Made by a program: the position numbers and the translations under genes. A stretch of DNA of 64,000 nt from Macrostomum lignano (taxonomy: Eukaryota). The stretch is from NCBI GenBank assembly GCA_002269645.1, contig NIVC01002066.1:1-64000 (forward strand). Direction: 5' to 3'. Shown here piece by piece: positions 37,071-51,715 of this stretch. Each line of letters opens with the position of its first letter. Position 1 is the first letter of the stretch. The notes under the pieces are model-generated. The model was not told where the DNA came from, did not search any database, and saw only the letters and a list, made by a program, of their open reading frames with translations.

Positions 37071-39739
37071 ATCCGCCCTCGGGTCCTTTAAAACAATTAA
37101 CAATAGCCATCTGGCCCGCTTAAGGTTTGTCTCTTCTCAGCTCTCTTCTCTCTAATCTCCTCTCCCTTCTCTTCTCTCCCTCTTCTCGTCTCTTCTCCTC
37201 TATTCCATCTACTCTCTCCCGTTTTCTGGCCCGCAGTCATTTGCTGGATTTTTATCTGGCCTATGTGGTAAAAAAGTTTTCTACCCCCTCCTAGCATAAA
37301 AAGCCTTTTACAAAGTCTATAATGGGTGTTTCTCAAAGAAATGAAAATCCTATCATGTCATGTTAATGATAGACTTTAACAGTCTTTTTATCATTATTTT
37401 CTGTTTTGAATCCAACCATAGTCATAAACAATTGCAGAATAATTTAACCAGTACGTGCATGGGGCCAGCTATAGGAGTAGTTGGTTCAGTAATTCGAAGC
37501 GGCTAGCATAGTCTATGGCTTTTCCTAGCTTCCATTTTGGTGCGTTCGCTCATCAGAGCTTTCGCAGCCTACTTGGGAGCGCACAGCTTCCTGTAATGAA
37601 TTGAATCCAAGCAAGATTTGCGAAAGGAGAAAGCTGAATTTCACATGTCTATGGTCGCTAAGCCTGTCATTTTGGTCTTGTAAGCATTCATTGGGTCAAG
37701 AAGAGCAAGAAGCCAGCTATGAAACTAGAGAGTACCGAGCTATCATAGAGTGCCAATTAAAACCCGAAGCCAAAATTCCAAATCTTCGGGCTCCTAATTT
37801 TTTACCATAAACAAAAGTCTAGAACTATAATTACTTTCCTAAACAAAATAAAATATTCGGCTTGTCTGGCATATGATTACAGCATAAAGTCATGATATTC
37901 ACTGCCCAAATTCTCGAATGAAGCAAGATATGTAGTGGGGTCGCCTTCCTCACCTCGTAGCTGCTTTGTACTTGCTGCCACGCAGCTGTCTTTGCCTCCT
38001 CTTTGTGGGGTTGCAGGTTAATGATTATTTTGTAATTTTCAACTAATTGGATTTAACAGGTCTCAGTAAAAACCCAGTCTGTTCGAAATCTTCACCATTC
38101 AAGCCTTTAACTTTCAGATCTGCATGCAAGGTTATTTGTAAAATTCAAAACTGATCGGAATTCTCAGCGACATTTCGTCATTCTTTCTGGAGAAAAACTG
38201 ACTGCAATGCTGGCTGTATAAGAAGCTGGTGACAGAAATTGGAATTTCAGGAGTACACGAATAATGGATCATAGGATCCTTCATTACTGCAAAGTGGCAA
38301 ACCAGGTTAGTTTATTATGGTTGCTCAAATAATGATTTTTATTGCTGATATAATTTAAGCTGTTTAAGAAGCGCAAGGATACCAGCATCAAATCAAGTCA
38401 ACAATGCAACACTACGGGCAGATGAGGAACTCGGTGTGTTTAAAGAGTTTTGGATAATATCAATCGTAGTTTACTTTTCTAATCGTGTGTGACGTGCAAG
38501 TGCGACCTTTTTGAATTTAACATAATTTATCCGTTTGCTTTAATTTATTTGTTGACACGCTTTATATAAAAGCGCGGCAAAGTACAATTTAAATTGGCGG
38601 GAAGAAGTCTATTTGAACCTTGGATGACAATAAAAATATTATAGAGAATCAAACTAATAAAATCTACAACTACGAGCGTAAATATAAAATTTATTACCTG
38701 AAAAAACTATTTAAATACAAAAAAAATTCCATAAAATATAAAAAATCACTGATTACAAGCAGAATTTTATTTACGATACATCGCTTTTTGATTAAATAAA
38801 GATTATCTGTCCTCTAATGATGGGCGAAGCTCATTGTAATTTATTATTTATTGTTTGTATTGATTTTTGTTTCTCGCATTGGGATTAGTCTTAAATCTAA
38901 TCCACTATGCTATAAGAGTTTCCTATGCGCTTCAAAACGTAAATGATTTTTAAAGTTCACTTCCTTTCCGATTGTGCTTTGTAACTCTTTCGATGTACGG
39001 GTATATATTATGATGCAGCTACAAAACTTTTAAGTCATAAACAAGCACATTTACGTTTTTTCGCGACTTAGTCATTTCTTATTTCACCTTCACTTGTCTC
39101 CGTTTACTCTGAATTTTCTCTCCCTCTCTATCTAGTGACTTTCTCTCTCTCCCTCGCTGCCTTCTGATTGGCTCCTCAATCTCGCCTCTTTCTTTCCTCG
39201 CGCACTCCACACCCCCTTGTTTTATCTTGGACCCAACCTCTCTAATTTTCAATGCCTTAAATGTACTGATTTGAGCCCAGCACCGCCCAGCCTGTCTGCG
39301 CCTAGTTATTTAGTTTGGGTTGTGTCAACTTCAATCAAAAAATTGTGTTCAACACTAATTATATTATTGCCTACTCTGGTCGCCCATAATTTTCATTCGT
39401 CTCAGCAGGATTTGCGTCTGGACGGATCTGGTCTCTTCATTTATCGTTCGTCTCGCTGGATTTCGCACTTGACGGCCTCAGGTCTCTTTGTGGTCAAGGC
39501 TTCAGACTCAGTGCTCACTCAGGATTCAGGACTCAGGACTGATCGACTGGACAGCAGCCGGAAGAAGTGGTTTCGTCTGAAAGCTAAGTTTTCATTTAGA
39601 CTGTTTTCATTTGCTGTTTGAATTTAAACTCATTTATTCATACTGTTCACTCGCTACTCATTACGCGTTGTATATTTTTCACTTCTTTGCTTAAAACCAC
39701 GTAAATTTTTGCCATTTTGCTGTCACTTGGACTATCGCA

Positions 39740-42330
39740 AAGGTCGAAATGCTCTTGTCACTTACTTGGTCGAATGCCGAAGCCAAAGCCCATGCAGAGG
39801 TGTGCGTAGAGGTTCTGAAAGAGAAGCTGAAGGCTTTAAAAGGCGCAGATGAAGTGGTTCAGGTCGATCGATCCGAAGATAAGATGGAATCGGAGTTGGC
39901 TGAGAGCCATGAATATTCGTTTCACTGCCGAAAGTGCATTAAATTGCTAGAAAATTCTCTCAGTTTAAACGTGACGCAACAGCAGCCTTCAAGCTGTGCT
40001 CAACCTCAAGTGAAGCTGCCTAAGTGTCAGCTTTAATGGAACAGTTGCGGATTGGCAGACTTTTTAAAGATCAGTTTTCGTCATCGGTGGATTCTAATTC
40101 CTTGCTCCCTGATATTGACAAATTGAGTTATTGCTTGATTCTCTCTCCGACTTGACCAAGTCTGGCAGTGAGTGGCGCGAATTACTCAGCTGCGGTCACC
40201 ATTCTGCGAAATCGGTTCGGCAAGCCAGGGCTGATAGTCAGATGCCTCATGCACCAGCTGTCAGAGTTTAGGCTAGCTGACACTTTTCTTTCAAGCCTGC
40301 AACATTTTGATGACGATGTTTCTGCTGCCGTGCGCTGCCTTGAAGCTCAATATGTGCAAGCTGCCTCGTATGAGACATTGTTGCTGCAAACCTACTCAGC
40401 GGTGTCCAGATGAGTTTATATTGGACATGCTCATACCAGCCGCTTATTCAGGATCGCCGTGCGATTCAGTTGAGGCCTCTTTTACATATTTTAGGCCAGG
40501 AAAATGATGTTCGCGAGAAGGCTGTTTTAGTTGGTAAGAAGACCGGACACGATCGCTATTTGTCTGGAGACTCACCGAAGCATTCACTTTCAACTCTGAC
40601 AGTTCAGTCTAAATCGAATAACACATCAAAGGAACCTAGGAAAGTCATTTGCACCGACTGCAATTCAGGAGCCGATTGTGCTCAATTTACAACAGCGACC
40701 AGCCGTCGCTATTTCCTGCACCAGGAAAGCCGTTGCTTTCGATGCTTGTGCACAGGTCACGGTGCTAGCCTGTGCAGTGAGCCTCGGCAGTGCAGAGACT
40801 GGCGGAGCTCATCACGTGAGCATTTGCAACAACAGGCCTGCTGGTATAGCTAAGTCTAATAAACCTGCAGAAAAGCAACTCGGAGGCAATGCAGTCAAGG
40901 TCAAATAATCAGTGCTTACCTACGACTGCAGTTTCCACAGAGTCCTCGCCACTCGAGCCTTCTGCTCGTGCCCAACCTGATAGTTCGAACTCGCAGTCCG
41001 ATGCTGGCAGCTCAGTCACCGTCTGTGCCACTCGTGACGAGCCAGTGGCTTCACCGAATCACTTCTCTTATCATTTTTCTTCCATCATGTTCATTAGCAG
41101 CAATCCTTCAGTGGCCCTTCCATTTTCCAAAGCTATATTGCTGAGTGCTATTGGTCAGCTCCTGATTAGGGCATTATTCGATACAGCTAGCAACACATCT
41201 ACATCAGAAAGGATGTATGCAATATCTTAGGCATCACGGCAATCAGAAGTGAGCCATTGACTGTATCGACATTAAACGGTCTCAATACAACAATCGAATC
41301 AGGTACTGTCAATTTCTCAACCAGGAAGTTGAATTCGCGTCACGTTCAGAACATCCGCGCTAATATGGGCAATGACATTTGTCAGCCTCAGCGCCCAGTC
41401 TTAGCAAACCAGTTTCCTCATCTGGTGTGAGGGCTCCGGCAGTCCCTTGAGCAATTCAGCAGCTAATGGGCTCAGCGAAGCTTTTTAAGTTCTTTGCTGT
41501 ACAGTTGTGGACGCGCTGACAGGCACCTCTGATTGTGGCTTGTCCTGATTCTAGCGCTTAGAAGCTAGAAGCTAAGTATCTCAGAAATTCAATATTAGTC
41601 CTTGATCGATGACTTTCCTTGGAACCCGCGACTGATTAATGGACGCTACGAAGCCAAGCTTTCTTGGAAGCGACCAGATGACTCACTCATGCTACGCAAT
41701 CACTTAAATGATCTCGCATAAAAGAGTTTGGACTCGACTATGCGAACTCTCTCACGCCAACCAGGTACAGTCGAGAGAGCATTTGAGATCATCCCTGAGC
41801 AGGAAACCACCAGGTGCCATTTAAAAAAGTGCCTAACGCCTACCTACAGCAGGATGATGCCGTTATCTTCATCATAGCTGTGACATGAAAGCTGCTAATG
41901 GGCAAAAAATGCTGCGTATTGTCTTTAATGGTTCTGAACGAGCTTTCAGGGAATATTATTCCATCAGCGATCATCCACAAGTCGCTCTGACGAATTTTTG
42001 GAGAATTTTCAACATTCCCCTGCACTTCCGTCGTAACCATGTAAGCAATTTTTGTTGTTATTGCGGTGACATCGAGAAGGCATTTCTCAAAATCTCGATT
42101 CACGTTAGCGATCCCATTTCGTAGAGTTTTTCTGTGGCCCGATTTGGCAGACAATAAGCAAATCTGTCATCTGCCATTCGGCTCGACATGCTCGCCAGTT
42201 GTGCTCCGAGCGATCATCCTGAGCCGTCTGGCCACTTTTGGGTCTATGTTTCTGGAATGTGTCGGTATCGTTTGAATAGTTCTCTACTTCGATACTCTCG
42301 TGAGCAGTTGTAGTTCAAATGCAGAAGCTA
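39740..42330 (+). mobile_element. Degenerate BEL/Pao LTR retrotransposon (gag, protease, RT fragments)
   Basis: Broken frames: PQVKLPKCQL, NYSAAVTILRNRFG, CFRCLCTGH...HH knuckle, RALFDTAS (protease), GRYEAKL.WK, LRIVFNGS, GDIEKAFL, LPFGSTCSP. Confidence 0.8.
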
Positions 42331-43199
42331 TGGTTCTGTACAAAACACAAAAAATTATCTTGCTGGTACGAATATGGGTCAGTGAATGTCGAAATCTGCT
42401 TTATTCAACGAACATCTGCTGAATTGGCTGCAGGAAAACGAGCACCTGAAAATTTCTGTTTATAAAAAAACGTTAGTTTAATCTGCAGCGACTTATCAGC
42501 TGGTGTCGCATTGATGCTGATTGGATCTAGTACGGGCATAAGCAAAGAGGCCGCGAATGCTTTAAAGAGAGCGAAGCGCCTGACTTAAGTGACGAGAGAC
42601 GATGTATTTGAGGGTAAAATTTGATCGCACAGCATTTGGCTAGTCGTAAGTACACAGGATGCTATTGAGGCCGATGACTCGTGCCATAAAACAAATTCTT
42701 GTGGGACAGAAGGGCCTTGATGCCTCCGTCATTGCTGCATTCAATCATCTCTCAGCACGCGCCCCTGAGGCGCATCGGAGCTAAAGTTGGTACCTCGACT
42801 GAGGTACGCAGCTGCTGCTGTGAGTGTTATATCTCTTGAATTAGCAGAATCTTGTTTGGTTTAGCGTAGCTCAGCCGCGTCTTGCGCGCTCTGTCACCAG
42901 GACCGAGCCCTTTTATCTTTATTGTCTCATCAACGACAAGTACGAGTACTTAAAAATCAAATCACAACGCAACATCCTCCCCCTCACCAGCTGTAGCGTT
43001 GCAAGGGTCGCCGCTGACGATTCGATTTGACGTGAGCGGTATATTGGCTGGTCCCGAGGCTGGTCCTGGTACTTGAATATTTGTCTCTCCGTCACATTGA
43101 GCAGGTTGTTGTCTTGGAATATCAACGAGAGGGTCCAGCTCGCTCGGCGCTGTTGGTTTAGAATTTAGCCGCAAATAATTGGTACAAGCGCCTGCTGAT

Positions 43200-44950
43200 T
43201 CCAGTTGCTGCCACTCATTAGTCTACACACAGCGTCCATTGTCTTGACGACCTGCAGTGGCCCAGAGAGCCGCATCCCCAGCTTTCTATGTCACACTGAG
43301 AGGAAGTACTTGAATCCAGTCACCGGCGCACAGTGTTGGTGGTCGCCCCCCTCCCCCACCGCCGGTCAGTGTAAGCCACCGTTCGCTGCTGACTCTCCTA
43401 AATTTTCTGTGCGATATCTGGTTGTGCGACCGTAGTGTCCTTAAACGGTGCCAGTAGAGGCAGTGTGGTGAACCAACGTCTTACTAACATCACCTGGGCT
43501 AGACTATTGCCAGACAGGGCGAGCGGCGTACTGCGGTTGGTCTCCAGGAATTGCAACAGCGCGTCTTGCATTGGGACATTCTCCCAATCCCAATTAGCGG
43601 TTATGGCCGCTCGTAAGCGGTCTACCAGAGTCCGGTTGAGCCTCTCTGTCTGCTCGTTAATGCTAGGACGGCACGGTTTGGTTTTCTGATGCCGGCTTCC
43701 AGCAGAAACCCTGTGAGCGCACCGCTGCGCTGCGATCCGTTGTCCGTGAGCATCGTCTCGCACGATAAAATATCAAGCGTGCAAAAAGGCTGCGTAACAC
43801 CTTGCAACTCGTCTCAGTGATGATTTTTGACTTTGAAATACTTCCGGTCACTAAATACTCGAATTCAAATGCGAAGTGACCAGAAAAATTCGTGTCAATA
43901 CTGGTGCTGTCTGTAGCTCACCGACGAGTTCGATGGCGATCTGTGTTCACAGCTTATCTGCCCCCGCAGAGGCTCCAGATGAGCCGGTCCGCAGCTTGAA
44001 ATGTTTTTCTACACTCTCGCAAGCACTACAGCCTCTGAAAAACGTCTCGATGTCGCAGTCCATCATTGGCCACCAGGCAAACCCACAGAGCTGCTGCTTA
44101 GCGCGAACCACACCCAGATGTACGGTGCGCGCCGATTCCAGTAGCTTACGCCAAAGCTGTGTAATGACTGGTCGCTCTTGGAAAGCCCAGTAGGTGCCAT
44201 TCTGTCAAACGCTAAGGGGCTCTCCGACTTTGAAGAACGGGTGCAACTCCGTGTCCTTCGTTGAGCCCTAGTTGTCGCTAGTCACTCGCAAAATCACCTC
44301 GCGCAGAACCATGTTCTCGGCCGTGGCTGTCGCTAGCTGGGTAAGCGTAACTACCATGGACTCCAGGCGTCGCTGTGTCCTGTAGCTGTACGATGGTCAT
44401 ACTTGACCGACAGCTCCACTTTGGCAAAATGTCAACCTCAAAATTTCGATTGCCTGGCAGATCTTGTACGTGGAAATCGTACGGTTGAAACTTGTCGCCC
44501 CACTTGTGGATGCGCAGCGGCCGATGTCCCGTGCCGCTAGGTCCTAGCAGCAGTTGCCGTAACGCTTGATGGGTCGTTTTATAACTCAGATTAAAGGTAG
44601 TAGTGCCACTTCTTTTATGGCCCACAGACTGGCCAATGCATATCGCTTCTCGGTCTCGATCAAGGCTCGGGCGGCAAGGGTGATCGGACGCTTGTCGCCG
44701 TCTTGGACCTAGGACAGTTGTGCACCGAGAGACTCTGCACTGGTGTCGCTAGTGGCAATCGTCTTGGCATCTGAGTCGAAGTGCGTCAGGATCAGTGAAT
44801 TGCAGATCGCTGCTTTTAGCTCTTTGAACGCTCATTTGCAGTCCCTCGACCACCCAAACTCCACGTCCCCCTTCAGTAGGGGCCTCGGAGGCGCTGTGAC
44901 TTCAGCTAAATAAGGCATAAAGCGCATCGGGTAGTTTGCAGCTCCTTAAA
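43200..44950 (-). mobile_element. Degenerate Ty3/Gypsy pol (RNase H + integrase)
   Basis: ERLNRTL (integrase), TTHQAL...KWGDKFQPYDF..LPGNRN (RNase H), LTHFD...SDTSA.SLGA; many stops and frameshifts. Confidence 0.75.
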
Positions 44951-45349
44951 ACGCCTGCAGCTCCTTCTTGCTCGATGGCGAGCGCAACTGACTGAATACC
45001 CTAATCTGGGATTCTGACGGTCGCATACCATCAAATGAGAAGATAAGGCGAAAAATGCGACCTCCGTCTTGCGCAGCAGGCTTTTGTCTTTATTAGCCGT
45101 TAGGCAGCAACGTTCATACGCCTTAACAGCGCTCGAAGCCTTGAATAATGTTAAAACGTCAAAATCTTTTGGAAAGTCCGCTGGCACTGACACTAGGCCG
45201 AACGACACCCTGCAATACCGATACAAACGCGATCATTATGCAACTACACCTGTATGTAGCCAGCTTTAAGATTTGTAGTGTCTCTATGGAGTAGCTCTCG
45301 ATCGCGGTGCCAGTGAAATACGGAAATGTGCGCTCGTTTACTTCTCTCA

Positions 45350-47300
45350 AATGATGCGTCTGTCTCAGGTTGCCACACAGCATTTCCTAGCGTCGAGATA
45401 CCTGACGTAATGTGGCTGACGGCGACTGGTAACCCTGGCTGGCTGCGCAGTTGGCTGCTTCGTGCCGGGTGGGCTGGCAGGTTGGGCTGGTAGTGAGGCA
45501 GGCACTGCTTCGGCCGACACGCTTCAAGGGCGACCCTGTGGGCGGCTGTGGGACAGGATCGGTGGTGTCAAGAATGGCCGGCTTCAACCTGTCAGTGCTC
45601 ACTCGATCGCGCCGTGTGCCCAGGTCTCGCTGAACTCAGACACGTAAAGCAGATGCTCAGAACTCAGACACGTGAAAACGCGTCCCTCCTAAAAGTAACG
45701 AAAATGCTGGATCGGCAGGTAGAGCGCCAGCAGCTCACGGTCAAATACCCTGTACTTCTGCTCTGCCGGCTGAAGAAGACTTGCGAACGTGAGTGCGATG
45801 GGCGCGTCTGGGCGAGGGTGCGCCAGCGTGGTGGCGAGGGCCAACGCCCGCTTAGCTCCTTCGGAATCGATTAACTCGGCTGTCCAATGGCTCAGGCTCT
45901 CCTCTGTCTGTCATGGCCGTATGAATGGGCTGCCGGGCTTCGCGCCGTACGAAGCGGTGGTAGTAGAAGATCACTATGCCAGCGAACTCTTGTAGGCCCT
46001 TGACGGTGACTGGTACTGAACCTGGCGTCAACCTTGGCGGGCAGTAGCTTGGCTCCTTGGGCGTTGATCCGGTGGCCCAAGAAGTCAGTATCGCTGCGAC
46101 CCAAATCGTACTCGTCCGGGTTGATGATTGGGCCACTGTCGGCTAGGCGCTGAAACAGCTTGCGCAGATGCTCACGGTGCTGCTGCGGGCTGCTCCGGGC
46201 TGCTGCGAGCTGCTCCTGGCCAACAGGAAATCATCGATGTAGGCGAAGACGCATTCGATGTCCTCGCAGACTGAATCGACGAGGCGCTGGAAAGCTTAGA
46301 CGGCGTTCTTGAGACCAAACTGCATTCGTATGAACTTGAAGAGGTCATACGGTGTGGTGACAGCGGTCTTGGCACTTCGGCAGCGGCGAGGACACCTGGT
46401 TTTAACCTTGCACCAGGTCAATTTAGGCGAAGACCGAGCAGCCCCCAGGGGTGCCAGAAGTTTTGAATGTGAAACACTGGGTAGTGGTCTGGCACCGTGG
46501 CGTCGCTGAGCCTCCTGCAGTCGCCACTAGGCCGCCAACAGCCGGAGGCCTTGGACACCATGTTCAGCGGCAAAAACCACAAACGGTGAAAGCGCTGAAC
46601 GATGCTGAAGGGTTTCAGGAACCGGAACGCCTCCTTGGCCACTGCTAACTTGTCTGGTGGCAGATGGGGCGGGTGGGCGTGCACCGGCAGGCCGTTGGTC
46701 GGGTTGTGGTGCGGGATGACTTAAGCACCCGTGTCTATTAGGAACTGCCGGACTATCTGTAAATCCGGGGTGAGAAGCAGGCTGCTGCTGCAGGTCGCCA
46801 AGCTGTTTACTGACGGCCGGCCTGCTCGTTTCCCTAAAATTTACAAGGCGCTTCACGTCTGGCCTTTGTGCCAAACTTCCAATGAAACTATCAGAGATCA
46901 GTGGCTGTTTGTGGGACTCTTTGATGGCCGTGCGCGGGCAAAATGGATGGCCGTGCGCGGGCAAAATGGATGGCCGTGCGCGGGCAAAATGGATGGCCGT
47001 GCGCGGGCAAAATGGATGGCCGTGCGCGGGCAAAATGGCTCGTGCTGCTCTTGCGGGCGGCTGAAACCACTACGAGCTAGCTCGTCAGGCGGCTGAACTT
47101 CGGCCACCAACGGCTGGGTCAGCTGACCCAAAGCTTGTCTGCGAGCTGTGCCGCTGAGCAACCGGCTGGCCCGTTGCTGCCGCGTTAGCCCGAACTTGCC
47201 CAGTAGACAAGCCCTCAGCTGCTTGTACTTTTTTGATGCAGGGGATTTCTCCAGTAAGTCCCGGAGTCGCTTGGCCGACTGCTGATCTCTGAGTCGGCCA
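45350..47300 (-). mobile_element. Degenerate Ty3/Gypsy RT and flanking fragments
   Basis: [36 protein letters not shown] motif near 46230, DFLGHRI.AQG, TVKGLQEF. Confidence 0.75.
46924..47038. repeat. 23-bp tandem repeat (ATGGCCGTGCGCGGGCAAAATGG), 5 copies
   Basis: A single copy occurs in the paralogous segment near 48265. Confidence 0.9.
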
Positions 47301-48109
47301 GAAAAAATGGTATTTAGTTTCGTCTTGTGTTATTTATTGAAGGCTGAAATGTGTCGGCCTGGATGAACCAAGCCCTGCCTGAGCGTGCCAAAATGTCAGC
47401 AACCCGACCCCGCCTTTGTGTTGGCGCTGATCCCAGTGACAACCTATTGGTCTAAAAATGGTTGGTCGCTGCGTCTTCTGCGTTCTCAGGCATGCTCAAA
47501 CTTACGGTTTGAGTATTTGGACTTATCAATGACGTAGCTCGCGATCGCGATGACACTGAAAAAAGGAAATGTGCGCTAGTTTTTTTGCTCCGCTTGTGAA
47601 CTCCTCAACTGTAATGAGGCGCGTGAAAATTAGAAGTGACCATGACAATTGATGCGTCTGCTGTAACGCGGCTCTGATCTCGCAATTGCCGTGCAACGCG
47701 TAAATTGTAACTGTGCATTCTGTGATGACCTACAGAGCCTTGCTGCGACAGGATCGACGAGCGCCGCGCTGGGATGGAGGCCTCGTGGCTTGTTCAGTCC
47801 GGACTGTCAGTGCACACTGGCCAGCGCTTGGGCGTCAAGCAAACGTCGGTGAGGCATTTTCACTAGAAGGCCGTGATACCGTAGAAAATCAGCGCCAATT
47901 AGTGGTCACGAGACTGCTGCCAGAACGAAAGACCGAGAGCAACGCGGAATGCCGAGATCCAGAGTAAGCTGACGGGTACCGAAGGTCCTGATCTGACTAC
48001 TGCTGGCTGTGTAGAGCGGTGGGCCTTGGCGGCGAAATCGGGTGTCTGCCCCTGCGACCTGAAAGATGCTGACCTCTTTTAGGTCAGCATCTGAACGAAT
48101 CGTCTTCTT

Positions 48110-49180
48110 TCAGAGAAGCAGGCTGCTGCTGCAAGTCGCCGAGCTGTTTACTGAGCCGCCTTCCCGTTTCACCGAAATTTACAAGGCGCGTCAAACGTCT
48201 GGCTTAGTGCCGAACTTCCTATGAAAGTAAAACAGATCAGTGGCTTTCTCTGAGGGACTCCGTGACGGCCGTGCGCGGGCAAAATGGCTCGTGCTGCTCT
48301 TTCGGGCGGCTGCAACCACTAGCTCGTTAGGCTGCTGAACTTCGGCCACCAACGGCTGGGTCGGCTGGCCCAAAGCTTGTCTGCGAGCTGTGCCACTGCT
48401 TGCGAGTCCGTGAAATCAGAAGAAGCTTACGCCATTCTGATGTCTACGGGGAAATGCTGGTGGAAAAGTTCCTCGAACGGCATACATGGCGAATGCCGAG
48501 GCCGGTCATACTGAGCAACCGGCTGGCCCGTTGCTACCGCGTTAGCCCAAAACTTGCCCAGCATTCAAGCCTTCAGCTGCTTGTACTTTTCTGCTGCAGG
48601 GGTTTCTCCAGTACGTCTAGGAGTTCGTCTAGGGCCAACTGCTGATCTCTGATGCGTCAAATACTGGTATTTAGTTTCGTATTGTGTTATTTATTGAAGG
48701 CCTAAATGTGTCTCGGTTTGGATGAACCAAGCCCTGCCTGAGCGGCCAAAATGTCGGCAACCCGACTGCTACATCGTTGATGGCTGAATTTCTGCTGGCC
48801 GCGTTAGCCGTTGAGTTGGCGCCGACTACAACGACAACCTCCTGATCTGCATCTGTGTTGCTCGCTGCGTCTTCTGCGTGCTCAAGCATGCTCAAAATTG
48901 CGGTTTGAGTAATAAGCCTTATCAATGACGTGGCTCGCGATCGCGTTGCCAGTGAAAAAGAAAATGTGCGCTCGTTTTTCCCCCAGCCTGTGGGCTCCTC
49001 AACTGTAATAAGACGCGCACAATTTAGAAGTGACCATAAACAAATGATGCGTCCCTTTCTGGCCGCCACAAAGCTGACAATATTCGGACTGCCACCCAGC
49101 TGTACCGCGGCTCTGATCTCGTAATTGCCGTGCACCGCGTAAATTGTAACTGTGCCCTCTGTGCTGACCTACAGAGCCTT
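48110..49180 (-). mobile_element. Second diverged copy of the 46780-47750 Gypsy-associated segment
   Basis: Shared sequence, e.g. GAGAAGCAGGCTGCTGCTGCA(G/A)GTCGCC and GATGAACCAAGCCCTGCCTGAGC. Confidence 0.7.
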
Positions 49181-49929
49181 GCTGCAACAGAATCGACTGA
49201 GCAAATTGAGCTTGCCGCATTTGTTTCACTTCTTTTCATGCTTGGGACATTCTGTTTACGCGTCATAACTGCAGTCGCATCGCGGAAAGGAACCTCCGGC
49301 TTGGCGCCGGGGTTTGTTGCTGACCCGAGTGCCGGGCTGGCATTGAGACTGTGTTTTATACAGTCCGGAATGTTCCTGATGTGCTGTTTGCTGCCATCGC
49401 CTTGATTCCTGCTGTTGCGTCCTCTATAGTCGTCGCAATCTTGACGGCACAGTCCCAGAGTCAGTGTGGCCGCGTCCTCCGTCAGAAGATACTTGTGTAT
49501 CCTGGTGCTGCCCGTCGTTTGCGTCAGCCAATCACGAATTATTTCGTCCACCAGAACACCGTAGTTGGCTGATAGCTGTCAAAGTGATGCAACAAAGGTG
49601 GCTGCGTCCTCTTCAAGTAGCTGATTTCGTTCCTGGAATCGGTGGCGGGCAATCATCACATTAGACCGCGGCCAGTCACCGAATACAGTCGTCAATAGAT
49701 CTTGAGTTTGTCCATCGGCATTCGCATTTTGAGCCATATCTATCTGCTGCCCCTCTAAACTGTTGCAGGTGAAGCAGCATGTTTCGGCACACCGTTTGTA
49801 GGCGTGTAGCTCCAGAGCTGTAGCTTCTTCTCCTTTCGGCCGTGGAGACCAGATCTGCTTTTCGACGTGAGCTTTAAGCTGCATCGTAGAGGGTCTTAGC
49901 TCTTATTCGCCTAAGGTCCTTGCTGTGGC

Positions 49930-51715
49930 TTCGCTGAGCACTTTGGCCCAGCAGTCGGCCATCAGGCTGAAGTAGCTCGCGATCGCGGTGCCAGTGAAAT
50001 AAGGAAATGTGCGCTCGCTTACTTCTCTCAAATGATGCGTCTGTCTCTGGACGCAACACAGCTCCCTCCAGCGTCGAGATACCTGACGAAATGTGGCTGT
50101 CGGCGACTGCTAACCCTGGCTGGCTGCGGTGTTGGATGCTTGGTGCCGGGCGGACTGACAGGTTGCGCTGGTGGTGAGGCAGGCACTGCTTCGGCCGCCA
50201 CGCTCCCGGGGGCGACCCCGTGGGCGGCTGTGGGACAGGATCGATGGTGTCGAGAATGGCCGGATTTACGCTCGTAACCTGCCAACGCTCAACCGATCGG
50301 ACCGTGTGCCCAGGTTTCACTGAACTCGGAAACGTAATCCAGATGCCGTGGCTTCTGTTTCAATGACGAGTCTGACACTTTGCCATGGCGGCGACGAGCG
50401 GCTTGTGGTCAGTGTAGGCTGTAAAAACTTGTCCTCCAGAAAGTAACGAATATGCTAAACAGCCTGGTAGAGCGCCAGCAGCTCGCAGTCAAATGCGCTG
50501 TACTTCTGCTTGGTCTGCGGGAGCTGCCGGCTGAAGAAGACTTGCGAACGTGAGTGCGATGGGTGCGTCTGGCGAAGGGTGCGCCAGCGTGGTGGCGGAG
50601 GCCAGCGCCCTCTTAGCTCCTTCGGAGGCGGTTAACTCGTGTGTCCACTGGATCAGCGTCTCCTTGCTTGCCATGGTCACATGGATGGCGCGCAGCTCGC
50701 GCGCGCAGTGGTAGAAGCTCACGAAATCTTGCAGGCCCTTAACGGTGACTTGTGGCACGAACTTGACAATGGCGTCAATCTTGGCGGGCAGCGGAACGGC
50801 TCTTTGGGCGTTGATTCGATGGCCCAAGAAGTCAATCTCCTAGCGACCGAAATGTACTTGTAAGGGCTGATGATGGTGCCGTTGTCGGCTAAGCTCTGAA
50901 ACAGCGTGCGCAGATGCTTCCGGTACTGCTACGGGTTGCGGCTGGCCGCCAGGAAATCAATGATGTAGGTGAAGACGAAATCGAGGTCCTGGAAGATTGA
51001 ATCGACGAAGTGCTGGAAGACTTAGACGGCATAGAAGATGAAGCCAAAAAATTGAACTCTGTCCTGCGCAGCAGGCATTTGTTCTTATTAGCCGTTAAGC
51101 AGCAACGTTCATACTCTTAATAGCACTCACAGCCTTGAATAATGCTTAGTCCTGCTTGTGCCGAACGCAAGGAAATCGTCTAGAATGTGAAGACTGGCTA
51201 CTAAATCGTCAAAATCTTTTGGCACCCTGCAATACCGATACAAACTCTTGTGCGTGATTAATGTTGTCCAGTTACGCGATGCCTCGTGCAACTGTATCTG
51301 CATGTAGCCAACTTTGAGATCTGTAGTGTCTCTATAGACTAAAACAGATAAAAAGCCGCGGACAATAAGGCAATTAAGAATTCAGCAAAAAGAGTACATT
51401 CCACTAGGGACGACTATCCGAAGCTTATATTTCTAAGCCAAACATGAATTACTAAGCGATCGATAATTTGGCAACACGAAAAGCTGAACGGCCCGCCGCA
51501 CGAAGCAATGGTAGAAGCTCACTATGCCGGTGAACTCCTGAAGGCCCTTGTCGGTGGTGGCACAAACCTGGCAATGGCGTCAAACTTGGCAATCAGAGGC
51601 ACTGCTCCTTAGGCGTTGATCCGGTGGCCCAAAAAATCAATCTCGCTGCGGCCAAAATTGTACTTGTCCGGGTTGATGATGGTGCCGTTGTCGGCTCTGA
51701 AACAGCGTGCTGGCG
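49930..51715 (-). mobile_element. Further copies of the Gypsy RT/RNase H/integrase-end fragments (paralogous to 45100-46300)
   Basis: GHRINAQ..VPLPAKIDAIVKF, YKFGR.EIDFLG, YIID; duplicated flanks such as TTATTAGCCGTTA(G/A)GCAGCAACGTTCATAC. Confidence 0.7.
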